A stretch of DNA of 64,000 nt from an uncultured Planctomycetota bacterium (GTDB lineage Bacteria > Planctomycetota > Planctomycetia > Gemmatales > Gemmataceae). Location: the NCBI GenBank assembly GCA_963849325.1, contig CAWKHF010000006.1, positions 128,001 through 192,000 of the forward strand, given 5' to 3'. Position numbers and translations under genes: made by a program. The notes beneath the pieces are model-generated. The model ran no database searches. It had not been told where the DNA came from and saw only the letters and a program-made list of their open reading frames with translations. Shown here piece after piece: positions 34,328-45,174 of the stretch; position 1 is the stretch's first letter, and every line of letters starts with the position of its first letter.

Positions 34328-34839
34328 ATGCCCGAAGCCATTTTGTCGCAGGTCATCCGGGAGAGCGCCGAATCGGCGCAGCGCGCTTCTCGCCGCCTCG
34401 CCAACTCTGGAGCGACGGGAGATTGTCGCACTCGTGGACTTTTCGTTGCGGCGAGCGGAGTTATTGCGTTCGGACTGGCAGGCTGTCAAGGAGCGCACTC
34501 GCGGCCGGCGTCGAGTCGGCGCGTTTACAGCTCGCGTTGCAACGACTTATCCAGGGCATCGAGGCGGAACAGCGCCTCGATCGCTTGCTTTTGGAGATGG
34601 CGGAACGTGATTCTCCTCCGGCTGAGGAGGGGACTACCAAGATGGAGGAGTTGCGTCGCGCTATTCAGGAGGTCGAGTCCATCGAGCGATCGGCGAGCCA
34701 TCTGCTCCGTTGGTTGCGGGCACCGCGCGGCCCGCTGGACGAGACCCTTCGGGAGCAATCCGTCCTCGACTTCGAGCGCGGCCATTTCGAGAGCGGCAAC
34801 GACATCCTCGCCCGCCTCCAGGCCGGCGGCGACCTGTGA
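34328..34839 (+). CDS. Hypothetical helical protein, possible antitoxin-like partner (frameshifted)
   Basis: GGAGGAG RBS, MPEAILSQ..., ends GNDILARLQAGGDL. Confidence 0.5.
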
Positions 34840-34854
34840 TGCGGAGGGGGCGCC

Positions 34855-35178
34855 GTGGCCTACACCGTCCAGTTCGCGGACGCCGTCAAAACCTACTTCC
34901 GCGAAAAAGTTCCCTCCCTGGCGCGATCCGTTCGGGTGAGGCTGTTCGCCCAGGTCGTCGGCGACCTCGCCGATCACGGCGAGGTCTTCCGCAACGACCC
35001 GTCCCGGTGCCTCGGTGAGGGTTCTCCTCATTTCCGCTATGAGCTTATCGTTTGGGACGTGGAGGGGGATGGCCGGGTCCACTCGTTCCGATTCATCGTC
35101 AGCGATGCGGCCGCGCCCTACGGGGTTCTCCAGGTCGTCTATGCGGAACACACGGGAGAAACCTCGCTGGGGCCGTGA
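34855..35178 (+). CDS. Small hypothetical protein, RelE-like N-terminus
   Basis: GGAGG RBS; MAYTVQFADAVKTYF; size and position in a two-gene pair. Confidence 0.5.
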   Translation: MAYTVQFADAVKTYFREKVPSLARSVRVRLFAQVVGDLADHGEVFRNDPSRCLGEGSPHFRYELIVWDVEGDGRVHSFRFIVSDAAAPYGVLQVVYAEHTGETSLGP

Positions 35179-35232
35179 TTCTCCCCTGCCGAAGTCGTGT
35201 TGGCGGAGCAATACGGCGAAGGACACAGGGCT

Positions 35233-35901
35233 TCAACGGACGGTGAGCGTGTATTCGGGATGGCCGACCGCGTTGATGCGCTGGCTGAGCCGAAACGATT
35301 GGCCGAACACGGCCGACTTGAGCCAGCCATCGCGCTTGGGTGTCGCGGTGTAGCGCTTGGCGGTGCGGCGGAGGATGTCGAAGCGAACCGGCTCTTGCCG
35401 CGCGTCCACCAGCCAGTATTCGCGGATGCCGGCTTGCCAGTACGCCTGACGCAAGACAACCGTGTCCTTATGGACCGAACTGGAGCTGACGACTTCCAGG
35501 ACCATGTCGGGCGTGCCTTCCAGTTCCACGTGGCCCCCTTCCCATCCTTCGACCAGGTGGACTCGATCGCTCGCAAGGGTGGCATGGGAAACAAACATGG
35601 CATCCGGCACCCCGGAGGTGTTGGCCGCAATGTTGCTCAGCAGGGCCCCGTCACCCAGGAACAGACCCAGGTTCGCCGTCTTCACCAGATGACCTAGCGT
35701 GATCGTGAGTTCCGTCTTGACGAGAACGTGGGTGAAGATCTGCTGCTTGCTCATGTCGATCCACACCTCGCCCTTGAGATACCAGGCGCGGCCATCCTCG
35801 GGAAAGTCGTCGGCGTCGGCCCAGCGGCGAAACGATTCCAGGTCCACGACCCAGCTCGGGATGCTCACGACCCAGTTGGATTCATTAATCACCGTAATCA
35901 T
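35233..35901 (-). CDS. Uma2/DUF820 family endonuclease
   Basis: VPDAMFV, PDMVLEVVSSSS, GIREYWLVD. Confidence 0.9.
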   Translation of the reverse strand: MITVINESNWVVSIPSWVVDLESFRRWADADDFPEDGRAWYLKGEVWIDMSKQQIFTHVLVKTELTITLGHLVKTANLGLFLGDGALLSNIAANTSGVPDAMFVSHATLASDRVHLVEGWEGGHVELEGTPDMVLEVVSSSSVHKDTVVLRQAYWQAGIREYWLVDARQEPVRFDILRRTAKRYTATPKRDGWLKSAVFGQSFRLSQRINAVGHPEYTLTVR

Positions 35902-36008
35902 GGCTTCGCCCTTTCGTTCCGAGAACGAGATCGCTCCCATGATAACGAAAGAGCGGAGGAGCACCATCCGCTGTTGCTTTTATGTCGGATTTGACATAGA
36001 GTGCGCGA

Positions 36009-36371
36009 ATGGACGGCTCCCGGAAACCTCTGGCTTGGTTACACGGTGAGATTAAGACACCTCCTTTCTCGGCGGAAGCGCGGGTGGAGGTGGGAACATT
36101 GCTCCGGCTGCTTCAGGAGGGCCAGACGCTTAGCATGCCGCAGTCGCGGCCCATGCCGAGTGTTGGCCCCCGCTGCCACGAACTTCGCGTGAGGGATGGG
36201 CACAAAAATTGGCGAATCCTTTACCGACTGGACGCCGATGCCATCGTCATCGCGGAGGTATTCGCCAAGGCCACTCGTCAGACGCCTCGGCATATCCTTG
36301 ATACCTGCCAACGACGGCTACGGTTGTATGACGAAGCCGTGCGGAAGGCGAGAGAGAAGGAGAAGGAGTGA
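36009..36371 (+). CDS. Type II toxin, RelE/HigB (Gp49/DUF891-like)
   Basis: KTPPFS.EAR, SRPMPSVGPRCHELRV, WRILYR, VFAKATRQTP. Confidence 0.9.
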   Translation: MDGSRKPLAWLHGEIKTPPFSAEARVEVGTLLRLLQEGQTLSMPQSRPMPSVGPRCHELRVRDGHKNWRILYRLDADAIVIAEVFAKATRQTPRHILDTCQRRLRLYDEAVRKAREKEKE

Positions 36372-36685
36372 TGGATCGAGAGAAACAGAAGGCCCTGCAA
36401 GCGGCCGGCTTCCGGGTCGGAGATGCGGAGGACTTCCTCGAATTGACCGAGGAGGAGCGTCGCCTCGTCGAGCTGCGCGCCGCGGTCAGTCGATCTGTGC
36501 GCCGTCTGCGCGAAAAGCGGCACCTGACTCAACAGCAATTGGCCGGCAAATTGAAGTCGAGCCAGTCGCGGGTCGCCAAGATCGAGGCGGGGTCGGTGGA
36601 TGTCTCGCTCGATCTGCTGTTTCGCGCCCTGTTCGCGGTCGGCGGCGGTTTGGTCGATTTGACGGACCCGGTGGGCAAGACATGA
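36368..36685 (+). CDS. HigA-like XRE HTH antitoxin
   Basis: GDAEDFLEL; LTQQQLAGKLKSSQSRVAKIEAG; overlaps toxin stop. Confidence 0.9.
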   Translation: MMDREKQKALQAAGFRVGDAEDFLELTEEERRLVELRAAVSRSVRRLREKRHLTQQQLAGKLKSSQSRVAKIEAGSVDVSLDLLFRALFAVGGGLVDLTDPVGKT

Positions 36686-36869
36686 TGTCTTAACGGTTCC
36701 CGGTATCTTTTCCGCCCCGTATCACCGAATACGCCGAGATAGACCCATGCTGATCGAAGAAGCGCTCCGTTCCGCTCTGCACGCCAGCCGGGTCGTGTCG
36801 CTGTCGGTGGCCAACCCGCACGGCCCGTTCGGCTTGGTTCAGTTGGCGGCCGTAATTGCCGCTCATCGC

Positions 36870-36932
36870 GAGGCCGCTTCCGCTGGTGAAGGGAATGTCG
36901 GCCACCCAGAACTCACCGGGCTGGATAGTCAT
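36870..36932 (-). pseudogene. N-terminal fragment of a PemK/MazF-like toxin
   Basis: MTIQPGEFWVADIPFTSGSG resembles a MazF start; the expected K.RP..V motif does not follow in any frame I read. Confidence 0.5.
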
Positions 36933-37128
36933 CGTACAGCCCTTCGTCTTCCGGGGCGTAGCCGTTGAGGAAGGCAGCGTGACTCCGCGCCGGCGGCCGA
37001 CGCACCGGCTGGACCCTGACACGCCAACGGCCCGGCCCAATACCGGCCACCAACGCTTCCGGCAGGCGCAGCGGCTCGCCCGGTTGCAGTTCGATTTCGT
37101 AGGTCAGTCGGACCAGTTCGTCTTTCAT
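36913..37128 (-). CDS. Small antitoxin-like protein
   Basis: 71 aa; acidic tail AFLNGYAPEDEGLYDDY; overlaps the PemK-like start. Confidence 0.6.
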   Translation of the reverse strand: MKDELVRLTYEIELQPGEPLRLPEALVAGIGPGRWRVRVQPVRRPPARSHAAFLNGYAPEDEGLYDDYPAR

Positions 37129-37328
37129 CGGTCAAGCCCTCCGCATCCAGGTTAGCCTCCCGGCATCATTCTACCGTGGCTTCGACTTGTCGCCATTTCC
37201 CCGAGGCAAACTTTGACCTCGCCTCCCGATGTACTATGGTTCGGATGAGCCGTCCGCATCAATTCTTGACGAAGGGATGATGTGACGTGATTGACCGTGC
37301 TTCGTCGGCTGGTTAGAGGGTTGCGCCT

Positions 37329-38186
37329 ATGGAATTTAGCCTCTTGGTCCTCATCGGGCTTTGCGTATGCGTTGGAGGTTTTACATGGATGGGGTACCGC
37401 GAGGCGATGGAGAAGAGCCGCGAGGAGGAACTACAGGAAGCTGCTCAGCGCGAGGCAGAGCGGCGTGAGAATGCGAACTACCACCAAGGCCAAGAAGCAC
37501 TGGAGCGCGGCGATTTCGACCTCGCCTTGTCCTGCGCAAACGAAGAAATAAGACGCGATCCAGCACGCATCCGCGGACACCGAATGCGAGGGCAGGCACA
37601 CTACCACAAGGGCATGTACAAGCAGGCAATCGAGGATTACTGCCGCGCCCTCCATTTGGATGCAGAGGAAGGGAACCTCTACCGATTGCGGGCCGATTGT
37701 TACGCAGCGCTCCGTCTCTACTCCCGAGCGATCACGGATTACTCCGACGCCATCCGGTTGGACCCGGCCGACACCATAGCCATCGAACACCGCAAGGCCG
37801 CCTACGCCGAACGGGAAGCTCACGGCGATGCTTCACCAGACGATCTCCCCAGCGAATGTGCCATCATCACCGAACTACCTCCGGCCCGCGAGGAAGACGC
37901 CGGCGCGGATGACGACAATGATCTGCTCTCTGCTCCGCTCCAACGACCGGCGGTGAACGTCGTCCTCCCCGCCAAAGTCTTCAACCCACTCGCCTTGACG
38001 GGCTTCATCCTGGGCCTTGTGTCCGTCGTTCTGTACGCCATCGGGATCATCCCCATCCTCGGGATTGTGTTCAGCGCCATCGGCTTGGGCCGCTTCAACC
38101 CCCAGACGCAGAAGGCCAAGTGGATGGCCGGATGGGGTCTCGCCCTGAGCATCCTCTTTACGGTCATGTTCCTGATGCGGCATTGA
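37329..38186 (+). CDS. TPR-containing membrane protein with C-terminal DUF4190-like region
   Basis: N-terminal TM, 3-4 TPRs, LALTGFILGL...GIVFSAIGL...MAGWGLALS. Confidence 0.8.
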   Translation: MEFSLLVLIGLCVCVGGFTWMGYREAMEKSREEELQEAAQREAERRENANYHQGQEALERGDFDLALSCANEEIRRDPARIRGHRMRGQAHYHKGMYKQAIEDYCRALHLDAEEGNLYRLRADCYAALRLYSRAITDYSDAIRLDPADTIAIEHRKAAYAEREAHGDASPDDLPSECAIITELPPAREEDAGADDDNDLLSAPLQRPAVNVVLPAKVFNPLALTGFILGLVSVVLYAIGIIPILGIVFSAIGLGRFNPQTQKAKWMAGWGLALSILFTVMFLMRH

Positions 38187-38314
38187 ATCTCTGGTGGAAT
38201 CACCAAACCGGCATCCTGTCCTCCAACCCACGATTCCCAGACCATTGCTTGAGCATCTGTCTGTGGTATCCTGGAGGGGAAAGCAATGTTCCCCTAGCGG
38301 CGGAGGGCCGATCC

Positions 38315-38539
38315 ATGAGCACGGTCAATCTGACCTTTCTGATCCTCTTCGTGGTGATCTTGGCCGTGCTGCTGGCGAGTTCGCCGGTCCTTCGGGCCGT
38401 GTTCTGGGACACGCTCCGTCATCCCTTCACGCACAGCCGAATTGAAGTCCTCGACGGACAAGTGAAGGTCCATCATGAGGAATCGGTCTCGCCGTCCCAG
38501 ACGCCGCGCCCTCCGATACCACCTGTGGGAGCGAGATAG
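38315..38539 (+). CDS. Small membrane protein
   Basis: GGAGG RBS; hydrophobic N-terminus. Confidence 0.55.
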   Translation: MSTVNLTFLILFVVILAVLLASSPVLRAVFWDTLRHPFTHSRIEVLDGQVKVHHEESVSPSQTPRPPIPPVGAR

Positions 38540-38540
38540 G

Positions 38541-38783
38541 ATGGCCAGGAAGGCATCGTCTCCGAAGCCGCCCAATCTGGACGTGCCGGTCAGTTACAAG
38601 ACGGTGTTCTGGGTGGTTGTGCTTCTCGCCGTCCTCTCGCTGGGGTCCAGTCTCTATCTCGCCACCCGTCCGCCGGACTTGCAGACCGAGACGCTGAAGA
38701 AGGTTGTCGAGACCTGCGATACCACCTGGAAGATGTGCTGCGGCGCCATCCTCGGTTTGCTCGGCGGCAAGCGATTGCCTTGA
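38541..38783 (+). CDS. Small membrane protein
   Basis: Starts 1 nt after previous stop; TM segment; ends GAILGLLGGKRLP. Confidence 0.55.
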   Translation: MARKASSPKPPNLDVPVSYKTVFWVVVLLAVLSLGSSLYLATRPPDLQTETLKKVVETCDTTWKMCCGAILGLLGGKRLP

Positions 38784-38794
38784 CCAGCCCTCTA

Positions 38795-40299
38795 TCAACG
38801 GCCCATCTTCTCTTGCTCCATCGAGGGCACGGTCGGATCACCAGATCGCACTCGTCCCAAGCCCAGGACACCGTACACCGCCGCCCCCAGTGCGATGAAG
38901 CCGACGCCGGCCAGCGCCTCCGCCTGCTGGTTGAGGAACATATTGACCAGCACGAACGCCGGCAGGATCACGTACAGCGCCGGCACCACCGGATAGCCCA
39001 GGCAGCGGTACGGCCGTTCGGCGTCGGGACGACGGCGGCGGAAGACGAAAATCGACACCACCGCCAGCGTCTCGAAGATGACGACGCCGAACATGGCGAA
39101 GTCGGTCAGACGATCGAAGTGCGACTTGCTCTCCTCCAGCCAGCCCATCCAGGTCAGAAACGCCACCGTGACGATTTGCAGCGACGACCAGGCGGCCAGC
39201 ACGACGATGGCCAGGGCCGGCGTGCGATAGCGAGCGTGGACAGCGCCCAGGGCGCGCGGGGCCAGGCCGTCCTCGCCCATCGCGTACAACAGACGCGGGC
39301 CGACCAGCAGATTGCCGTTGAGCGCTCCGAAGACGGAACACATCACCGCCGCCGAGGCCGCCGCCGCTCCCAGCGGACCCAGCAGACGCAAACTGAAGTC
39401 GGTCGCCACCGTCGTCTCTTTCAGCTCGGCCATCTCCACGCGCGGGATGACCAGGTAATAGGCCAGGTTGGCGCCCAGGTACAGGGTGATGATGATGGCG
39501 ACGCCGCCCAGCAGCGCCAGCGGCAGGTTGCGCTGCGGGCGGCGCACCTCCTCGGCCACCGGGGCGATGTTCTGCCAGCCGTGGTAGGCCCACAGTACCC
39601 CCAGATAAGCCGTCGCCAAACCGCTGAGCGACACTTGCCGCCAATCGTCCGGCCAAACCGGACGCAGGTTGTCGAAGCGCGGCGTCACCGGGGCCGACGA
39701 CCCACGCGGCGAGGACCAGGAACGGCAACACGGCGATGGCGGCCAGCGAGCCGACCTTGACCGTGGTAATCACCAGCTGGACCAGACCGCCCCAGCGCAC
39801 GCCGCGGACGTTGACCCAGGCCAGGACAGCCAGGATCGACACCGTTAACAGTCGCTGCGGCCAGAAGCCGAGCTGCGTGCCCGGCGGCAGACCGACCAGG
39901 CTTGTTGGAACGCCTCGTTGCGAAGGATGTCGTGCAGCGATTCGGTGAAGATGGTGGCCAGGGCCGCCAGCGAGGCGGAACGGATGATGCAGAAATCCAC
40001 CCAGCCCCACAGGAAGCCGGCCAGTCGGCCATATGCCTCGCGCAGAAAGACGTAGTTGCCGCCGGCTCGCGGCAGGAGCACGCCACCTCGGCGTAGGCCA
40101 GCGCGCCCAGCAGGACGAGCACGCCGCCCAGCACCCAGACCAGGGCGGCCAACCCGAAGTGGGGGACGTTTTCGGCGACCGACTGCGGCTTCTTGAAGAC
40201 GCCCGAGCCGATGACGGTGCCGACCACGACCGCGGTCGCCATCAGCGGACCCAGGGCACGCACCAGGCCCGACGACGAGGAAGCAGAAGATGGTTTCAT
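38795..40299 (-). CDS. APC family amino-acid permease (frameshifted)
   Basis: VVGTVIGSGVF, GGNYVFLREAYG, WAYHGWQN...AEEVRRPQRNLP, PRLLYAMG.DG, RPYRCLGYP. Confidence 0.9.
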
Positions 40300-40848
40300 G
40301 GCCGACCAGTGTACGGCATCGGCGGGCCAAGCGGGAGTCGGTTTCGCCGCCCGCGGCGCACGCGAATGTCCCAGGAACAACGTGTCCCGACTGAATTCGT
40401 CCGACGCGATCGCCGATGAGATAAATAATTTTCCGCCGCCACCGATTTTTCCATCGAAGTCGTCTTGGCCGGAAGAGAGGCTCATTCTACACTTGCTCAG
40501 ATTCGCGGGTGGACTAGCGCAGCTGGGCGCTGGCGCGATCCGACACGAGGCAAGCAGCTTAGCGAGGTTCGCGCGAACGAGGCAAGCGGCACGAAGCCGG
40601 CGACCGGGCGGGTTGTGCCAGTTGGGACGAAGATACCTGACGAAATCGACGCGCGAGTCTGAATTTGTCTGGGTAGGGCTTGTATTTTGTGCGCTTCGCG
40701 TTAGCATCCGCGTGGATGTGAAGTGCCTTCGACAGCTGCCGACCGCCGGCGGCCTCCGCGACAGCCCCCGCGGACCCTGGAAACGAGGCGGATCGACGAT
40801 GTCGGAGTGTACGCGAGGCATCTGAGTCTTTTGGAGGCATCCTGGACG

Positions 40849-42301
40849 ATGAGTGAATCTGAAGAGCGCACCGGGTTCGAGCCGCGGCCCCTTCACGACA
40901 CCTGCCGCGGCTTCGAGGAAGAAGAACCTCCCGGTAAGCCCAGGCGCCACCCGCTCTGGCGCAACGTCCCCGACCACCTCTGGGACGACTGGCGATGGCA
41001 GTCGCAAAACGCCATCCGCTCCGTCCGGCAACTGCGCGACCTGCTCCCCTTCACGCCGGAGGAACTCGAAGCCATCGGCTCGCTCGAGGCCGAGTACAAG
41101 ACGGCCATCCCGCCCTACTACTTCTCCCTGATCGACCCCGACGACCCCAACGACCCGATCCGCCTGCAAGCGGTGCCCTCGCCGCTGGAGCAGCTCAATC
41201 CGTCGGGCTACGAGCTGGAGGACCCGCTCGAAGAGGACAAGGACTCGCCGGTGCCGGGCCTGACGCACCGCTACCCCGACCGCGCCCTGCTCGTCACCAC
41301 GCACGTCTGCACCATGTACTGCCGCTTCTGCACGCGCAAGCGGGCCACCATGGTGCGCGGCGGCTGGGACGCCATCAGCCGCAACGACGAGCGCATGATC
41401 GAGTACGTCCGCGACCATCCGGAGATCCGCGACGTCATCGTCTCCGGCGGCGACCCGCTGACGCTGCCGGCTGACCAAGCTGCGTTTCTTCCTGGACAAC
41501 CTGGCGGCCATCCCGCACGTCGATGTCATCCGCATCGGCACGCGCGTGCCGGTGACGCTGCCGCAGAAGCTGTACGATCCAGAGCCTGATCGACCTGCTG
41601 GCCTCGGCGGGCAAGGTGTGGATCCAGACGCACTTCAACCACCCGCGCGAGATCACGCCGGAGGCGGCCCGCGTCTGCCTGGCCCTGCTCAAGGCCGGCA
41701 TGCCGGTCAACAACCACACCGTCCTGCTCAAGGGCGTCAACGACTCGCTGGAGACGATGCGGTCGCTGATGCGGGCCTTGCTCCGCATCAAGGTCCGGCC
41801 GTACTACATCTTCCACTGCGACCCGGTCATCGGGGCCGGCCACTTCCGCACCTCGGTGTGGAAGGGCATGGAGATCATGGAAGGGCTGCGCGGCCACATG
41901 TCCGGCCTGGGCATCCCGACCTACGTCGTCGATAGCCCGCACGGCGGCGGCAAGATCCCGCTCATGCCCAACTACCTCGTGTCCGCCAGCGACGACGCCG
42001 TCGTGCTGCGGAACTACGAGGGCATGCTGGTCCGCTACCAGGCGGAGGACAAAGCCGCAAACGGTCCAGCCGACGCCGTCGCGCGGCGTGTCGTCGCTGC
42101 TGCAGGGGAGCAAGATCGGCCCTGATCCCCGAGGGCAACGAGCGCATGGCCCGCCGCGAGCTGACCGTCCTCACCAATCAACAAGCACCTACTTCGGACG
42201 ACGCGCACGACACAACGGCTGCTGCAACGGCTGCTGCGGCCAATGGCCACGCCGAGGAGTTGCTGCCGCTGGGCGTGCTGGCCAACGGCTGTGGCTCGTG
42301 A
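40849..42301 (+). CDS. KamA family radical SAM aminomutase (lysine 2,3-aminomutase-like; frameshifted)
   Basis: GLTHRYPDR, CTMYCRFCTRKR, SGGDPL, THFNHPRE, VLLKGVND, RGHMSGLGIPTYVVDSPHGGGKIP. Confidence 0.93.
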
Positions 42302-42305
42302 ATTC

Positions 42306-42384
42306 GTCCGTGGTCCGAGCCGCGACCGTTAGCGGAGCGTGGGAACTGCACCGCTCCCTAACGGTCGCGGCTCGGACCACGGAC
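42306..42384. repeat. REP-like palindrome
   Basis: 27-bp perfect inverted repeat GTCCGTGGTCCGAGCCGCGACCGTTAG. Confidence 0.85.
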
Positions 42385-42398
42385 TTCAAGGATGAAGG

Positions 42399-43393
42399 AT
42401 GAAGATCGGCATCACTTACGACCTGAAAGCCGACGTCCCCGCCGGCGCCGACCTGCCCGACGACTTCCAGGAAGAGTTCGACAGCCCCGCCACCATCGAG
42501 GCCATCGCCGCGGTGCTGCGCGGCCTGGGACACGAGGTCGAAGCGCTCGGCGACGGCCGGGAGCTGCTCGAACGTCTGCTGCGCGATCCGCCGGACTTCG
42601 TGTTCAACTTCGCCGAGGGCCACGGCATCGGCCGCTGCCGCGAGGCGCGGGTGCCGGCCGTGCTGGAGATGCTCGGCATCCCCTACACCGGCTCCGACCC
42701 GCTCACCCTGGCCGTCACGCTCGACAAGGATTGCGCCAAGCGGCTGGTGCAGTCGGCCGGCGTCCCCGTGCCGCGTTGGACGGTGCTCGAACCGGACCAC
42801 GACCCGACCGCTCTGCCGCGGCTGCCGTACACCGCCATCGTCAAGCCGGCCTGGGAAGGTTCCAGCAAGGGCATCCGCGGCAAGTGCGTCGTCGATCGCG
42901 TGGACGAGCTGGTCGAGGCGGTGACGACCCTGCGCCGCGATCATCGCCAGCCGATCCTCGTCGAGGAGTACATCGCCGGCGAGGAGCTGACCGTCGGCAT
43001 CGTCGGCAACGATCCGCCGCGCATCATCGGCGTCCTGCGCGTGGTGCCGCAGCGGCCGACGAGCGTTTCGTCTACAGCCTGGAGGTCAAGCGCGACTGGC
43101 GAAGACAGGTCCGCTACGAGTGTTTGTCCGGCGGCAGGAGTCCGAGGCGGTGGCGGAGGCCGCTCTGCGGGCGTACCGGACCCTGGGCTGCCGCGACGTG
43201 GCGCGCATCGACTTCCGCCTGCACCAACGGCATGCCGTACTTCCTCGAAGTCAATCCGCTGCCGGGCCTCAACCCGGAGTCGAGCGACCTGGTCATCCTG
43301 TCGCGGCTGGCGGGCTGGAGCTACGAACGACTGATCGAGAGCATCTTGCGCAGGCCGTGGAGCGGACCCAACGCCTCCGAGCCTGAAGCGTAA
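42399..43393 (+). CDS. D-Ala-D-Ala-ligase-like ATP-grasp enzyme (frameshifted 3' part)
   Basis: MKIGITYDL, VFNFAEG, IPYTGSD, IVKPAWEGSSKGI, EEYIAGEE, ARIDFR, FLEVNPLPGL. Confidence 0.88.
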
Positions 43394-43446
43394 GCGAAGG
43401 GACGGCAACTCGGTTGCCGTCCCTTCGCTTACGCTTCAGGCTCGGA
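43376..43446. repeat. REP-like palindrome
   Basis: 34-bp perfect inverted repeat TCCGAGCCTGAAGCGTAAGCGAAGGGACGGCAAC. Confidence 0.9.
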
Positions 43447-43634
43447 TAAAAACAGCGGCGCGGAAACCGTTACAGCCGTGACGATTGCCACAATCTGAGA
43501 CAACGACAACGAGTTGTCACGCTTTCGCATGGATAGGGGTTGCGACGTGGACCGCTCTTATCCAATACTTATCTCGTGGGATATTGTCTCATTGAGGAAA
43601 TCCTGATACCGACATTTGGTAGGTCCGTTTACTT

Positions 43635-44695
43635 ATGATCGCTGAGACGCCAGCCGCCGACCGCTCCTCTCCTACGCGGATCCTCATCCTGCACAACCAG
43701 CCGATCCTGCCGGAAGACCATCCCGACGCCGATTCGGAACACGAAGTCCTCTACACGGCCGAGGTCGTGCAGGGGATCTTGAGCGGAGGCCGGCTACGAC
43801 GTCGCCACGCTGGGCGTGTCGCGCGATCCGTCGGTCCTGCTGGACGGCCTGCGCGAGTATCGGCCGGACGTGGTCTTCAACCTGTTCGAGGGACTGGCCG
43901 ACTTCGGCGACACCGAGGCGCACGTCGCCGGCATCCTGGAATGGCTGGAGCTGCCGTTCACCGGCTGTCCGTATCAGACCTTGTGCCTGGCCCGCAGCAA
44001 GCACCTGACCAAGCACCTGCTGGCCGGGGCCGGCCTGCCGACGGCCCGCTTCTTCGTGGTCGAGGACGTGCCGGTCGAGGATTGCCCGCTGGACTGGCCG
44101 GTGATCGTCAAGCCGGCGACGCAGGACGCCAGCGTCGGCGTCGATCAGGGCAGCGTGGTGACCGACCTGGATCGGCTCAACGAACGCGTGGCATACCTGC
44201 TGGAGACCTACGGCCCGCCGGTGCTGGTGGAGGAGTTCATCCGCGGCCGCGAGTTCAACGTCGGCGTGGTCGAGGCGCCGGAGCTGCGCGTGCTGCCGGT
44301 GTCGGAGATCCTGTTCGTGGAGAAGGACCCGGAGTTCTGGCCGATCGTGACCTACGACGCCAAGTGGAAGCCGGGCACGCGCGACTACGAAGCGACGCCG
44401 CCGGCGTATCCGGCCCGTGTCTCGCCGCGCCTGCGCGACAAGCTGGAGACGCTGGCCCGGCAGGCGTTTCGCCTGCTGGGCTGCCGCGACTACGCCCGCG
44501 TCGATTTCCGGGTGCGCGGCAGCAAGCCGTACATCCTGGAGGTGAACCCCAACCCGGACTTCAGTCCGACGGCCGGCCTGGCCGGCGGCCTGACAGTCGG
44601 CGGGCCTCGCGCACGCGCAGTTCACGGTCGAGTTGGTGCAGCGCGCCCTCGCGCGCGGCGGCAAGGCCGCCACCGCCGTCCGCTGCGGTCCCTGA
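43635..44695 (+). CDS. Second D-Ala-D-Ala-ligase-like ATP-grasp enzyme (frameshifted)
   Basis: VFNLFEG, PFTGC, IVKPATQDASVG, EEFIRGREF, YDAKW, YARVDFR, LEVNPNP. Confidence 0.88.
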
Positions 44696-44760
44696 AATGT
44701 CCGCTCCTTGTTCGCCCTCCCCCAAGGGGGTAGAGGGCGAAGGAAAAGTGGAGGCGCCGA

Positions 44761-45063
44761 TCATTGTTCACTTTGGTAAAGTTCCGCTTCCTCTTTCTGG
44801 AGGTCGGCACTTTGCTCGGGGGTGGGCAGGGCTTTGGCGGCGGCCTCCATCGCGGCCTCCTTGGTCGAAGCCCTCCCGGCCGGTCCCTCGCTGTCGGTGG
44901 GTTCCCGGCTCACCACGGGGTAGTTCGTCAGATACCATACCCAGGGCGCGGGGCCGTTCGGGTCATCACACTCGACCACGGCCGTAATACCCGTGGCTTC
45001 GTCCGTGGCCTCCTGGTGCTGGGCCATCCGCATTTCCAGCGAAGGTTTCCATTGCAGACGCAT
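44761..45063 (-). CDS. Hypothetical protein
   Basis: AAGGAGA RBS before MRLQWKPSLE. Confidence 0.5.
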   Translation of the reverse strand: MRLQWKPSLEMRMAQHQEATDEATGITAVVECDDPNGPAPWVWYLTNYPVVSREPTDSEGPAGRASTKEAAMEAAAKALPTPEQSADLQKEEAELYQSEQ

Positions 45064-45174
45064 GGCAGTCTCTCCTTGGGTTAGACGAATCTGTTCCCCT
45101 CTTGCTCTTGCCCTTCTTCTGACGGAAGGCACGACATTTGCATCCCGGCGGATTACACCTCCGATGGTCCTCCC

